Of a stretch of DNA of 64,000 nucleotides, positions 8,903-19,221 are shown in pieces. Source of the stretch: Trueperaceae bacterium (GTDB taxonomy: Bacteria; Deinococcota; Deinococci; Deinococcales; Trueperaceae). A program made the position numbers and the translations under genes. The stretch's first letter is position 1, and every line of letters begins with the position of its first letter. Location of the stretch: the NCBI GenBank assembly GCA_965215565.1, contig CBDCDZ010000004.1, forward strand, positions 864,001 through 928,000. Reading direction: 5' to 3'. Below the pieces are notes generated by a model that was not told the origin of the DNA, searched no databases, and saw nothing but the letters and a program-made list of their open reading frames with translations.

Positions 8903-11128
8903 GTGGACCTGCTCACCGCCGACAACCTCACCTACCGCCTCGGGGGACGCGACTTACTCAGCCGCGTCTCCTTCGCGTTGCGAAGCGGCGAGCGGCTCGG
9001 TCTCGTCGGGCGTAACGGCGCAGGCAAGACGACGCTCCTCAACCTCTTAGCGGGTTCCTTATCACCGGACGAGGGGCGCGTGCTCAGAGCGCCGGGGGTG
9101 CGCTTAGGGTTGCAGCCGCGCTTGACGCAGGGAACCGTTGCGCAGGCGAGGCGACGCGCCTTGGCGCACGTGCGAACGTTGGAAGCCGCCTTGCGCGACG
9201 CGGAGCGGCGGCTCGCCGCGCAAGACGCGGACTTGAATCAGGCACTGGAGGACTACGCCAAACTCACCGAGCACTTCGAGGCGGCGGGCGGCTACGAGGC
9301 GGAGGTCAAGCTCGAGAGGACGCTCGCCCTCTTCGGCTTTAGCCCTGCTGATGACGCCCGGCGCGTCACCACCCTCTCGGGTGGCGAGCGCGCCCGGCTG
9401 AGCCTCGCGCTCGCGCTTACGGACCAGCCGGGTGTGCTCCTCTTAGACGAGCCGAGCAGCCACCTCGACCTCGGCACGCGCCGGGCGCTAGCCGGTAGGC
9501 TCAGCGCCTATCCGGGCGCGCTGCTCTTCGCGTCGCACGACCGGGCGCTCCTAGACGCGGTCTGCACGCACATCGGGCACCTTCATTCCAGTCAGTTCAC
9601 CCGCTATAAGGGAACGTACGGGAGCTTCAAACAGACCCAGGGTCTCGCCGTGCACACCGCGCAAAAACGTGCCCGCGCACGTGACAAAGAGGTGGCGGCG
9701 CTCACCACCTCGGCGGCGCGGCTGCGCAGTTGGGGCACGCCCAATGCCGCGCGGCAGCGCCGTGCGGTTGAGAAGAGGTTGGAACGGCTCCACAAGGAGC
9801 CCGCTGCGCCGCCGCGAGAGGACGCGCCCGGCGCTTTCCCCCTCGAGGCCCGCAAGACAAAAGGCGTGCTGCTCGAGGCAACGCACCTCAGCAAGCGTTA
9901 TGAAGCGGTTGTACCCGAAGAGGTCAGCTCTGGAGAAGTCAGTGCTGAAGAGGTCCATACCGAAGAGATCAGGCTCGAGAGGACGATCCTTAGGGACGCC
10001 GCCTTGCGCGTCTACGCGGGCGACAAAATCGCGCTTGTCGGACCTAACGGCGCGGGCAAATCCGCCCTTTTGAAGCTGCTCACAGGCGAGTTGGCGTCGG
10101 ACCACCCCGAAGGGGCGCTCGGCTTCGGCAAGGGGACCAGAGTCACCGTCTTTGACCAGGACACGCGCGGGCTGGCGGCGGACACGCCGCTACTAGACCA
10201 GCTTGAACGCTACGTCTCCGAGCCCAGAGCGCGGATGCTGCTCGCCCTCGTCGGGCTGGAAGGCGAGGCGGACGCCCGCCCTGAAGAACTTTCCGAGGGG
10301 CAAAAGGCGCGCGCGGGCGTCGCCCTCGTCGCCTCCAGCGAGGCGAATCTGCTCATTTTGGACGAGCCGACGGAGAACCTGGACATCGAGACCACCGAGC
10401 GCTTAGAGAGCGCCTTGGAAGACACCGACGCCGCCTTCGTCCTCGTTTCGCACGACGCCGCCTTAGTCGAGCGCGTCGCGACGCGGGTGCTGAGCCTAGA
10501 GGCGGGCGAGTTGAAGGAATTTCGCGGGGGCTTACAGGGGTATTTCAGAGGGACGCTGCGGCTCGAGCCCGATCTGCCCGCCTTTCAAAGTGAGCCAGTA
10601 GAGAAAGAAAGTACCGAGGAGAAACTCGAGCGCTTGGAACTCGAGCGGCTCGAGCTGGATGAGGTGCGCCTCGACTCATACCGCCTGAGCGAACGCGAGC
10701 GCGTGCGTTTAGAGCGGCGCTACGCGGACCTCTTGGACGACCTCTTCGCCCTCTACGAAACGCGGCATTTCGCCTTCGCACCTCTTCACGAAACGCGCGA
10801 AGGTGCGGTTCGGGTCAGCGTAGAGTGCGCCGAGCGCGGCTACCTCTTCACGTCCAATGCAGGGCTAAACGTGCGGCTTTTGGGTCAGGACACGCCTCGG
10901 CTCGGGCACCTCGCCGTTCTCCAAACCGACGGGCGGTGCACGCTTCCTTGGGCTAGGGACGCGGCGCTGAGGCTCATTGTCCGACTCGCGTTCGAGCATC
11001 TAGGGTTTCAGGCGCTGCAAGTTCAGTCGGAGGACGACTTGAGCGCCGCGGGCTTCGAGGACTCCGGCGGCGACTGGTGGGTGCTGAGCAGGTCACGTTA
11101 CGAGGTGGCGCAGGGGTACGTGCGCTAA
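8903..11128 (+). CDS. ABC-F family ATPase with an extra C-terminal domain
   Basis: Two nucleotide-binding domains (GRNGAGKT/LSGGE/LLDEP and GPNGAGKS/LSEGQ/ILDEP), a helical linker, no transmembrane segments. Confidence 0.9.
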   Translation: MDLLTADNLTYRLGGRDLLSRVSFALRSGERLGLVGRNGAGKTTLLNLLAGSLSPDEGRVLRAPGVRLGLQPRLTQGTVAQARRRALAHVRTLEAALRDAERRLAAQDADLNQALEDYAKLTEHFEAAGGYEAEVKLERTLALFGFSPADDARRVTTLSGGERARLSLALALTDQPGVLLLDEPSSHLDLGTRRALAGRLSAYPGALLFASHDRALLDAVCTHIGHLHSSQFTRYKGTYGSFKQTQGLAVHTAQKRARARDKEVAALTTSAARLRSWGTPNAARQRRAVEKRLERLHKEPAAPPREDAPGAFPLEARKTKGVLLEATHLSKRYEAVVPEEVSSGEVSAEEVHTEEIRLERTILRDAALRVYAGDKIALVGPNGAGKSALLKLLTGELASDHPEGALGFGKGTRVTVFDQDTRGLAADTPLLDQLERYVSEPRARMLLALVGLEGEADARPEELSEGQKARAGVALVASSEANLLILDEPTENLDIETTERLESALEDTDAAFVLVSHDAALVERVATRVLSLEAGELKEFRGGLQGYFRGTLRLEPDLPAFQSEPVEKESTEEKLERLELERLELDEVRLDSYRLSERERVRLERRYADLLDDLFALYETRHFAFAPLHETREGAVRVSVECAERGYLFTSNAGLNVRLLGQDTPRLGHLAVLQTDGRCTLPWARDAALRLIVRLAFEHLGFQALQVQSEDDLSAAGFEDSGGDWWVLSRSRYEVAQGYVR

Positions 11129-11476
11129 AGCGCTCCCTTCGCGCCGCGCTATTCTCATCCGAAAAAACGGGGTCTGTGCTACACTCTCGCTGTAGCTTTT
11201 TTACGTCAATATTGATGCGCTTACCTTGTAGCGCGTTGACCTAATGGTGCGTTGACCTAGAAGCTCGAGAGGAGGCAGGCGATGGTTCTATCAATCACAT
11301 TGATGACCCCCAAAGACGTATTCGTATCGTCTTCTCCCCTGACCTTTGGTCTCGAGTAAAGCTGCGTTTACCCTTCACAATTTAGCTGTTCAAGAGCGTC
11401 CCACAGCAACACCGTTGCGCGTGACTTCTCGACTCCCTTGCGCGGAAGAAGCTCGAGAAAGCCGATCAAGAGAAGT

Positions 11477-11604
11477 AGTAATGGCTTTATCTGGAATGAC
11501 GCTGATGTTGAAGCAAGGGGTTTCAACCCCTTGCCCACCCTCTTTTTCACCCCGCAGAGATAGTAGAGGGAGCACACGGCAGCCTTCGGTTCAGAACCAT
11601 TGCC
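11477..11604. mobile_element. MITE family A copy 1 (degenerate)
   Basis: AGTAATGGCTTTATC...GCAAGGGGTTTCAACCCCTTG...AACCATTGCC, alignable by eye with the copies at 21350 and 34375. Confidence 0.75.
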
Positions 11605-11692
11605 AGAAAGGCAATGGAGAGAACCTCTTCTCTATTCTGCCTTCTCCCGCCGCTCTTCCCACACTCGTTCCATTCATCCCCCGGAGGATGTT

Positions 11693-12673
11693 ATGACCCT
11701 TACCCGCCCTGAGCTTACCGTACGCCCCTACACCGAGGGCGACTTCGAACGCATCGCCGCGTTTCACAACCTCGTCGAGCCCGACTACCCCACGACGGTG
11801 GGCGAGTTGCGCCGCAACGACAGCCTCCGTGACCCCAAGCTCGACTACAACCTCTTCCTTGCGGAGCGTGGCGGTACGCTCATCGGGACGGCGCGGCACA
11901 CACAGGCGTCCGGCTTGTACCACCCGCAGAAGTTCTACCTGAGCGTCCACGTCCACCCGGCGCACCGCGGTCAAGGGCTCGGCAGCCGCTTATACGAACA
12001 CCTCTTGGACGCGCTGGGACCCTTTAACCCTATCCTCTTGCGCGGCTCCGCCAGAGAGGACCGCCCCGACGCCGTGCGCTTTTGGCAAACGAGAGCCTTT
12101 GTGGAGGAGGACCGCTACTGGGAGTCGCGCTTCAATCCGCAGACCTTCGATCCCGCGCCGTACGCGCACTTGGACGAAACGATGCGTAAGCTCGGCGTGA
12201 GCCTTCAGCCGCTCAGCACGCTCATGGACGCTCATCCCGACTACCGCCGTATCCTCTACGACCTCGACTGGGAAATCACCCAGGACGAACCCCTGCCCGA
12301 AGCGCCCACGCGCAAGGACTTCGAGGTTTACGAGAGATACTTTGGCACGCCCGAATTCATACCGGACGCGCTGCACGTCGCGCTCTACGGGGGCGCGTGG
12401 CGCGGCTTCAGCGAACTCGGCGGCTCGGAGGGCGACACGAAAGGTCTCTACAACGGCTTCACGGCGGTGGGCGCGGAGTTGCGCGGGAAGGGCGTGGCGA
12501 CGGCGCTCAAGGTCAAGAACCTCATCTGGGCGAAGGAGCGGGGCTACACCGAGATCAAAACTTGGAACAACGCCCTCAACGCGCCGATGCTCGCGGTCAA
12601 CACCAAACTCGGCTTCGTGCGACAGCCTGCGGAGATCAACTTCAAAAAGGTGATGAAAGAGGGGCGCGCGTGA
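11693..12673 (+). CDS. Tandem GNAT N-acetyltransferase
   Basis: Two acetyl-CoA motifs (VHPAHRGQGLG and RGKGVATALK), N..ML.VN.KLGF; SD GGAGG. Confidence 0.9.
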   Translation: MTLTRPELTVRPYTEGDFERIAAFHNLVEPDYPTTVGELRRNDSLRDPKLDYNLFLAERGGTLIGTARHTQASGLYHPQKFYLSVHVHPAHRGQGLGSRLYEHLLDALGPFNPILLRGSAREDRPDAVRFWQTRAFVEEDRYWESRFNPQTFDPAPYAHLDETMRKLGVSLQPLSTLMDAHPDYRRILYDLDWEITQDEPLPEAPTRKDFEVYERYFGTPEFIPDALHVALYGGAWRGFSELGGSEGDTKGLYNGFTAVGAELRGKGVATALKVKNLIWAKERGYTEIKTWNNALNAPMLAVNTKLGFVRQPAEINFKKVMKEGRA

Positions 12674-12748
12674 GCGCGGGGAAGATTCGCGAACGGTTTT
12701 CCCTACGAGATGATGTCGCTTCACAACTATGCGGATATCAGATGAGGT

Positions 12749-12777
12749 GTAGAGGTGGGTTTGAAACCCACCTCTAC
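12749..12777. repeat. GTAG-type REP palindrome
   Basis: GTAGAGGTGGGTTT-G-AAACCCACCTCTAC between convergent genes. Confidence 0.8.
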
Positions 12778-12845
12778 CTGTACGCAGAATTTCTCTGGCT
12801 AGAGGTTGGGGAGAAGCTCGAGCCTCATCACGAAAACCTAGAGCG

Positions 12846-14288
12846 TCAGGTACGAAAGCTCCGGTAACGCTCCAACGCTTCGCGGTAGCGCTCCCCCGCT
12901 CGAGGCTCAAACCGCGCCGCCACCTCGGTCTCCCCTACCCCAAACGCGGACGCGACTTGCTCCGTGCCCTGCAACGCCAACAGCGCCGCGCCGTACGCCG
13001 CGCCCCTATTCTGCGCAGGCTTGACGAGTGGCAGGTCCAGCACGTCCGCCACCATCTGCAACCAGAAGTCGGACTGCGCGCCGCCACCCGTCACGAGGGC
13101 TTCGCCGAGCGGTGTGGGCGGCGACATCGCGCCGAGCGCATCTTTCAGGCTGAACGCGACGCCCTCGAGCACCGCGCGCACGGCGTCCGCTTGCGTCGTC
13201 GCCAAGCTGAGCCCCCGCCAAGAGCCGCGCAGCGCCGGGTCCATGTGCGGCGTGCGTTCGCCCGCCAAGTAAGGCTTAAAGGTCACGCCGTTCGCGCCGG
13301 GTTCGCTCTCCTGCGCGAGTTGCGTCAATTCGCTGAAACTTTTCTCCGGGGCGAACGTGCGCTGATACCAGTCCAGGCTGCCCGCCGCCGCAAGCGTCAC
13401 GCCCAAGAGGTTGTAGCCGCCGTCAGCGTGGCAGAAGAGGTGGACGCGCCCCTCGGGGTCGGGATGCGGAGTCTCGAGCGGCGCGAAGAGGACGCCCGAA
13501 GTGCCCAGGCTCACGCTGCCGCGCCGCAAGTTCTGGCTGCCGAGCCCGAGCCCCGTCGCCGCCGCCGCGTTGTCGCCTGCGCCTGCGACAACGGGCAAGC
13601 CTGCGCGCAAACCCGTCTCATCGGCCACCTCTTTCTTGAGCTTGCCGATAATCTCGTGCGAGGCGACGAGGCCGGGGAAGAGTTCGGCAGAGAGGTCTAA
13701 GGCGCTCAAGACCTCTTCGTCCCAAGTCTTAGACACCAGGTGAAAGCAGTTCGTTCCCGAGGCGTCGGTGGGCTCCGCCGCCATCTCCCCGGTCAGAACG
13801 TAGCCGAGGTAGTCCTTGGGCAAGAGCACGTGCGCCGTCCTCGCGAAGTTCTCCGGCTCCTCTCGCCGCAGCCAGACGAGCTTAGAGAGTTGAAAGCCCG
13901 TGACCGCCGGATTACCCGTGCGCCGGATGAGGGTGTCGCGGGAGACCTTCGCCTCGATCTCCTCGACTGCCGCGAGCGTGCGCTGATCGTTCCAGAGGAG
14001 GGCGGGGCGCACTACCTCGCCACGCTTATCCAAAGGGACCATGCCGTGCATCTGACCCGACAGCCCGAGCACGGTGACGTCGTGGTTGGTCAGCTTCTCG
14101 GCAACCTCGCGCAGGGCGCTGAGCGTTTCCGCCACCCAGTCGCTCGGGCGCTGCTCCGTCCAGCCCGGCTCGGGCGTCAGCAGGGGATAACTCGCCGCAG
14201 CTTCCGCTAAGAGGTTGCCCGCGCTGTCTACTGCCACCACGCGCACGCCGCTCGTGCCGCTGTCCAGCCCTAGTACGACTTGCGCCAT
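12846..14288 (-). CDS. xylB: Xylulokinase
   Basis: [40 protein letters not shown] family. Confidence 0.92.
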   Translation of the reverse strand: MAQVVLGLDSGTSGVRVVAVDSAGNLLAEAAASYPLLTPEPGWTEQRPSDWVAETLSALREVAEKLTNHDVTVLGLSGQMHGMVPLDKRGEVVRPALLWNDQRTLAAVEEIEAKVSRDTLIRRTGNPAVTGFQLSKLVWLRREEPENFARTAHVLLPKDYLGYVLTGEMAAEPTDASGTNCFHLVSKTWDEEVLSALDLSAELFPGLVASHEIIGKLKKEVADETGLRAGLPVVAGAGDNAAAATGLGLGSQNLRRGSVSLGTSGVLFAPLETPHPDPEGRVHLFCHADGGYNLLGVTLAAAGSLDWYQRTFAPEKSFSELTQLAQESEPGANGVTFKPYLAGERTPHMDPALRGSWRGLSLATTQADAVRAVLEGVAFSLKDALGAMSPPTPLGEALVTGGGAQSDFWLQMVADVLDLPLVKPAQNRGAAYGAALLALQGTEQVASAFGVGETEVAARFEPRAGERYREALERYRSFRT

Positions 14289-14410
14289 CAGCGCCTCTCC
14301 ACGAGGGGCCCCAGCCCTACAACATTCACCCCGTCACGCGCCAACACCACACGCACCTCTTCGTTTTCGCTAGAGCGTTGCGCGTTCTCTTTTTTGCTCG
14401 AGGTGTACAT
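14288..14410 (-). CDS. Putative 40-aa small protein coupled to xylB
   Basis: SD GGAGG, ATG 14410, [12 protein letters not shown]...PLVERR; TGATG overlap with the xylB start. Confidence 0.45.
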   Translation of the reverse strand: MYTSSKKENAQRSSENEEVRVVLARDGVNVVGLGPLVERR

Positions 14411-14468
14411 GAACCCCTCCAAACAGAGATGGACCCTATCTTTGAGACAGACACCCATTAGATTCTAA

Positions 14469-14600
14469 TAGCAGTTCCACTTATCGTTGCTTGGACGAAG
14501 TCATGCGAAGCAACACTTCTCCGCAGATATCATCTCTAAAAGTGCGTGCTAGGCGATGTTCTTTTTAGTGAGAGTGTAGCTGACCAGATGATACCTGCTA
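14469..14600 (+). mobile_element. Miniature element family B
   Basis: TAGCAGTTCC...CCAGATGATACCTGCTA; nearly identical to the 56581 copy. Confidence 0.85.
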
Positions 14601-14755
14601 TAAGTGTACTCACGAGCAAGGTCTAGGTGTCAAGGCTGCCGCCTCAGGTATGCGCGGGGTCGGTAGACGAAAAGCGCGCAGCAGCGTTCGGCTTAGAAAC
14701 ATTACCAGTCGTTTAACGATAACGTTTTACAGTGGAACTGTTCAAGGAGGAAGAC

Positions 14756-15556
14756 ATGGCAACCCAGACCGCAAGCCCCAGCGCCCTCAGCCCCGCTGTC
14801 AAGCGGCAGATCACCAACATCTTCGCGTTGGGCACCGTTTTGACCATCAACGCGCTCGCTAACATCTTGCCTATCAACGGAGTCACCACGGGAGAGGTCT
14901 CCGACACCTTTCCGAGCCTCTTTACACCGGCGGGCTACGTCTTCAGCATCTGGGGGCTCATCTACACGCTGCTCCTCGTCTTTATCGTCTACCAGGCGCT
15001 CCCATCGCAAAAGGATAACCCGCGCTTGGAGCGGCTCGGTTACTGGTTTGCGCTCAGTTGCGCGTTCAACGTCTCCTGGTTGCTCGCCTGGCACTACAGC
15101 GCGATAGGGTTGTCTCAACTCCTGATGTTCGGGATACTCGGTTCTCTAATTGTGTGTTACCTGCGTTTAGGCGTCGGTGAGAGCGAGGTTTCACGCGCGG
15201 AGAGCTTAGCGGTTCGCCTGCCCTTTAGCGTCTATCTAGGCTGGATTACCGTCGCCACGGTAGCGAACACCTCGGTGACGCTCCTCGACTACGGGGTGAC
15301 GGGCGGCTGGCTCGCGCCTTTCTGGACGGTAGTTGCAATTGCTGCCGCTGTCTGCGTCGGCTATCTCATGCTGAGAAACAAGCGCGACGTTGCCTTTAAC
15401 CTCGTGTTGGTGTGGGCGTTCGCGGGCATCGCCGCGAAGCAGTGGGGGGCGGAACTCCTCGTCGTCGTCGGGGCGCTCGTGGCGGCGGCGGTCGTGGTGT
15501 ACCTCATCGCTCAGAGCTTACGTAGGCGTGAGTTGTTCGCAGTCGGCAGTTCGTAG
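14756..15556 (+). CDS. TspO-like (tryptophan-rich sensory) membrane protein
   Basis: TPAGYVFSIWGLIY, PFSVYLGWITVA, multiple transmembrane segments; SD AAGGAGG. Confidence 0.7.
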   Translation: MATQTASPSALSPAVKRQITNIFALGTVLTINALANILPINGVTTGEVSDTFPSLFTPAGYVFSIWGLIYTLLLVFIVYQALPSQKDNPRLERLGYWFALSCAFNVSWLLAWHYSAIGLSQLLMFGILGSLIVCYLRLGVGESEVSRAESLAVRLPFSVYLGWITVATVANTSVTLLDYGVTGGWLAPFWTVVAIAAAVCVGYLMLRNKRDVAFNLVLVWAFAGIAAKQWGAELLVVVGALVAAAVVVYLIAQSLRRRELFAVGSS

Positions 15557-15586
15557 TCGGCGCGCCGTGAATCAGAAGTTGGGTGA

Positions 15587-15637
15587 GAGGTGGATGCTCG
15601 AGAGCGTTGCGTGGTACCACTCTCGAGCATCCACCTC
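15587..15637. terminator. 18-bp inverted repeat between convergent genes
   Basis: GAGGTGGATGCTCGAGAG / CTCTCGAGCATCCACCTC. Confidence 0.6.
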
Positions 15638-15642
15638 CACCC

Positions 15643-17328
15643 CTACGCAGGGACGGTCCGACGAGCGTGGACCGTAGCGGACGTGGACGAGGCTTTGAAC
15701 GTGTACACCTGCCGTAAGTAGCGCATGAGCGCAGCAGGCTCACTCAGCGCTCCCCGGTAGCCGATGTGACCGTCAGGGCGGATGAGAAAGACGGTGGGCG
15801 CTTTCACGTCGTACGCTTCATGGAGCGCGACGTTGTCGGCGTAAACTTTGACGGGCTTCGGGTCTATACGCACGCGCGAAGAGACGGTTTCTACCTCTCG
15901 AACGCGGCTTTCGAAATCTGCGTCAGACCTCTTCCCCTCGAAGAAGAGAAGATGATGCTCAACCCCTTTGAGCAGCGAGAAGATGCTCTCGCCCGCGTGG
16001 TCTCCCCCGTCAAAGTGCGCGTAAGGCGCGCGGTCTCCCGGTCGCGCCCTCCTCGCCCCGCTATCGCCGTCCACCACCGGGCTCTTGCGGTAATTTATCC
16101 AGGTCTGCGAAAGAAGCTTGAAGACGCCTTTGCCGAGGCTTTCACGTGAGGCGAGGCTCGTCAGACGCGGCAAGAGGGTGCTGCGCAAGAGGTGTAAGAA
16201 GAGGTTCGGCGAGCCGATGAAAGAGAAGCCCTTGTCCGAGCCGTTCAGCACCATCTTGGCAACGGGGATGCGCTCGCTCTCGTAGCTCGTTAGGAGCGCC
16301 TCGTCCGCTTGACCTTTCACGACGAGCGCGAGCTTCCACGCCACATTCCAAGCGTCCTGAATGCCTGTATTCATCCCCTGTCCCCCTGCTGGAGAATGGA
16401 TGTGCGCCGCGTCGCCTGCTAAAAAGATGCGCCCAGCGCGGAACTCCTGGGTCATGCGGCGGTGGATGCGGTACTTCGAGACCCAGCGCGTGTGGTTGAT
16501 GTTCGCTTTAACAACGCTGTGCTCGTCCAAGAGGTTTTGAATGTCGTCGTCCGTAATCTCCCTGTCCTCCCAGGCTTTGGGGATACGCCCGATGATGCGG
16601 TACTGGCTCTCGCTGTAGCCGTCCCCGCGCATCGGGAAGAAGGTGAGCATTCCCTGGCGCGGCACCTGCGCGTAGAACTTGTCGCGGTCCAAAGACCAGG
16701 TCATGTCCACGTCGGCGACGAACAAGGGGTCCGCGTAGGTTGCGCCGCCAAACTCCAAGCCCAACGTCTTGCGCACAAAGCTGCTCGCGCCGTCCGCCGC
16801 GATGAGGTAGCGGGCGCGCACAAGCTCCCGCGCGCCGTCATCGAAGCGCAAGGTGACGGCGACGCCCTCCGAGGTCTGCCCTAAGCTCACCACCGACGTG
16901 CTGCGCTCGACACCGTAGGCTCCGTTAGGTCCGGCGTGCTGCTCCAAGTCGTCTAAGAGCATCTTCTCGGTTTTATTCTGTTCGTGGATGAGCAAGTACG
17001 GATAAGGCGAGACCTCTTTGCCATCGCGTCCTAGTGCCATGAAGGGCTTGCCCCCTTTCTCGAGCGTCCCTTTCGTGATGAGGTTCAGCGCACGGAGGGC
17101 TTGCCCGCGCTCGACTGCGCCCTCCGCCATGCCCAGCTTGTCCCACAGCTCAAGCGTGCGCGCTTGCACACCCAACGCTTTGGACTTCTGCGCAGGGCGC
17201 TCATTCTTATCAACGATGCGGAAGTTCACACCGTAGCGGGCTAAGAGCGTGGCGGCGGTGAGCCCGGTGGGTCCGGCTCCGACGATGAGAACGTCTGTGG
17301 TACTGGCGGGTGTTTTCTGCATATTCAT
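15643..17328 (-). CDS. FAD-dependent monooxygenase (PheA/TfdB-like)
   Basis: GAGPTG, ADG, GDAAHIHSPAGGQGMNTG and C-terminal LIRPDG. Confidence 0.92.
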   Translation of the reverse strand: MNMQKTPASTTDVLIVGAGPTGLTAATLLARYGVNFRIVDKNERPAQKSKALGVQARTLELWDKLGMAEGAVERGQALRALNLITKGTLEKGGKPFMALGRDGKEVSPYPYLLIHEQNKTEKMLLDDLEQHAGPNGAYGVERSTSVVSLGQTSEGVAVTLRFDDGARELVRARYLIAADGASSFVRKTLGLEFGGATYADPLFVADVDMTWSLDRDKFYAQVPRQGMLTFFPMRGDGYSESQYRIIGRIPKAWEDREITDDDIQNLLDEHSVVKANINHTRWVSKYRIHRRMTQEFRAGRIFLAGDAAHIHSPAGGQGMNTGIQDAWNVAWKLALVVKGQADEALLTSYESERIPVAKMVLNGSDKGFSFIGSPNLFLHLLRSTLLPRLTSLASRESLGKGVFKLLSQTWINYRKSPVVDGDSGARRARPGDRAPYAHFDGGDHAGESIFSLLKGVEHHLLFFEGKRSDADFESRVREVETVSSRVRIDPKPVKVYADNVALHEAYDVKAPTVFLIRPDGHIGYRGALSEPAALMRYLRQVYTFKASSTSATVHARRTVPA

Positions 17329-17346
17329 CTTCTATCTCCTAGTTCT

Positions 17347-17378
17347 TTGACATCTGTCTACTAACAGACGTATGTTAA
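17347..17378. promoter_or_regulatory. Putative TetR operator/promoter in the divergent spacer
   Basis: TTGACA..TATGTT overlapping the inverted repeat TCTGT-N6-ACAGA. Confidence 0.45.
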
Positions 17379-17450
17379 ATTAGAGCGCAGGAGACGGTAT
17401 CGTCAAGTACAGATGGAGCGAAATGTCTGGTTTTGGACAGAAAGGAACGT

Positions 17451-18053
17451 ATGTCTAAGCCGGCGGGAAAGAAAGTGGACAGGCGCACGCGGCGTTCACA
17501 GAAGCGGCTCTTCGAGGCGCTGATGGCGCTTATCCTCGAGAAACCCTACGAGAATATCACCGTTTCCGAAATCGCGGAGAAAGCGGACGTGGCGCGGGCG
17601 ACGTTCTACTTGCACTTTGACGACAAGGACGCGCTGCTACTCAGTTCGCTCGACGCGCTTTTCGAAACGATCGTCGAAGAGGTCAGGGGGTTCTCTCAGC
17701 GCGATTTGGTGGGCGGCGCGGCGCACCCCGCGCTCGTCGTTTTCGACGTGGTGCAGCGTGATCCGGCGCTCTTTCGCGTCATCTTAAAGGGGCAAGGCAG
17801 CAGCCTGATGTTAGAACGTTTGCGCTACTACGCCTCGCAAGTTGCGCACCAAGCGGTGGCAAACATGGGCGTCACGCCGTCCGTGCCGCCGCGCATCATC
17901 GCGGACTTCATGGCGGGCGCGATGCTCTCGGTGATCTCCGGCTGGCTCGAGGACGACATGAAAACGCCACCGGGTGAGATGGCGCAGATGTTTTATAGCC
18001 TGGTGAGACCGGGCATTATGGGGGCGCTGTCGCTCGGTAAAGTGAAGGCGTAG
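17451..18053 (+). CDS. TetR/AcrR family regulator
   Basis: DRRTRRS, ITVSEIAEKADVARATFYLHF helix-turn-helix; divergent from the monooxygenase. Confidence 0.92.
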   Translation: MSKPAGKKVDRRTRRSQKRLFEALMALILEKPYENITVSEIAEKADVARATFYLHFDDKDALLLSSLDALFETIVEEVRGFSQRDLVGGAAHPALVVFDVVQRDPALFRVILKGQGSSLMLERLRYYASQVAHQAVANMGVTPSVPPRIIADFMAGAMLSVISGWLEDDMKTPPGEMAQMFYSLVRPGIMGALSLGKVKA

Positions 18054-18241
18054 GAGGTCAGCACAAACCTGCCATAAGCGACGTGAATTCCGGTGATTAC
18101 AGAACCCGCACCACTACCCGCTTCACCTTTAGGGGCGGCGAGCTTCCAAGCGAGGTTGAGCGCGTCGCCAATGTTCAGCCCCTGCCCCGCTGCGAGTGGA
18201 CATGACGGCTGTCGCCCGCCACACGCTCTTTGCGGAGCGCC

Positions 18242-18813
18242 CTACTTCACGACGCCCCGCTCCGGCGCGTGGCTAAACATCTTCGTCACGAGGTCCTTGA
18301 TGCCGCCACGCTGATTCAAGCGTGGGAAGGGCTCGTCTGGCACCGGCATATCTAAAAGGTTGCAGAGCGGCTCCCACTTTTCTTTGACGCTGTAAACGAG
18401 CAGCTTATCCTCACCAACGAACGCTTTGACCTTTTCGGTATGACGCTCGAAAAAGTCCGTCATAAACACCTTGTCGTCCATCTTGCCCTCGAAGATGCCC
18501 TCGGCGGCGTAGGTGGTCAAAAATCGCTTGACGCGCCTCACTTGCGGGATCGGTAAGTTGAGGCTCTGCGCCTGCTCAAACGTGCTGCTGATGCTCTCGA
18601 ACCACCCTTCAGGGTCGCGGACGCTCAGCATGACTTTAGCGTCTGGGTGGGCGCGGATAATGTCCTCGAAAAAAGACCGGCGGGCCAATCTGCCACCTCG
18701 TAGTTAGCGAAGAAAGCGCGCCAATCGACCGCCGCGCCCTCCATTGCACCTTCCCACGTGTCCATATCTTTAGGGCTCGTGAAGAGGTCCGTGGTGTGGT
18801 AGATGGGCGAAAA
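18242..18813 (-). pseudogene. Sulfotransferase-family remnant (5-prime truncated, frameshifted)
   Basis: FSPIYH...DWPAGLF, frameshift at the A6 run 18669-18674, then RAHPDAKVMLSVRDPEGWFES...WEPLC..L..PVPDEPFPRLN. Confidence 0.75.
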
Positions 18814-19221
18814 TTACTCATTCGCCGCGCCTCTAAACCAGAGGTCTAGCACGTCCTCAGCGTAGCGCGCCGAGCTTTCGGTCCACGCTTCGTCCGAAAG
18901 GTGTTTGTTCGTCATGAAAAATAGGATGAAGGAGCTGAAAAACGCTTTCGCCGCGCTTTCCGTCGCCAAGTCTGAGTGCAATTCGCCGCCTCGGACGCGC
19001 CCATCTAAATACGCCGCGAGCGCGCCCGCTGTGGACTCGACGATGTGCGAAAACAGGGCGTAGAGTTCGTCATTGGGGCGCGACTCGCCGAGCATCATGT
19101 TGAGAAACTGGGCTTCGGCGCGCAGCAGACGAACGAAGCTCTCAGCGATGAGCGTCAGACATTCGCGTGCGGGGCGCTCGTTCATGTGCTCCAGCATCCG
19201 CCCTTTCGTTGCGTACAGCAC
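18814..19221 (-). pseudogene. TetR-family C-terminal domain lacking the HTH
   Basis: Helical TetR_C-like sequence with no N-terminal HTH and no good start signal. Confidence 0.55.

Noticed and set aside
8903..11128. Antibiotic-resistance (ARE) ABC-F
   Set aside because: The inter-domain linker does not look extended, and resistance cannot be supported from the sequence alone
11990..12910. Long antisense and alternate-frame ORFs (this one, 2630-3469, 12957-13700 and many others)
   Set aside because: Shadow ORFs of GC-rich coding sequence overlapping well-supported genes
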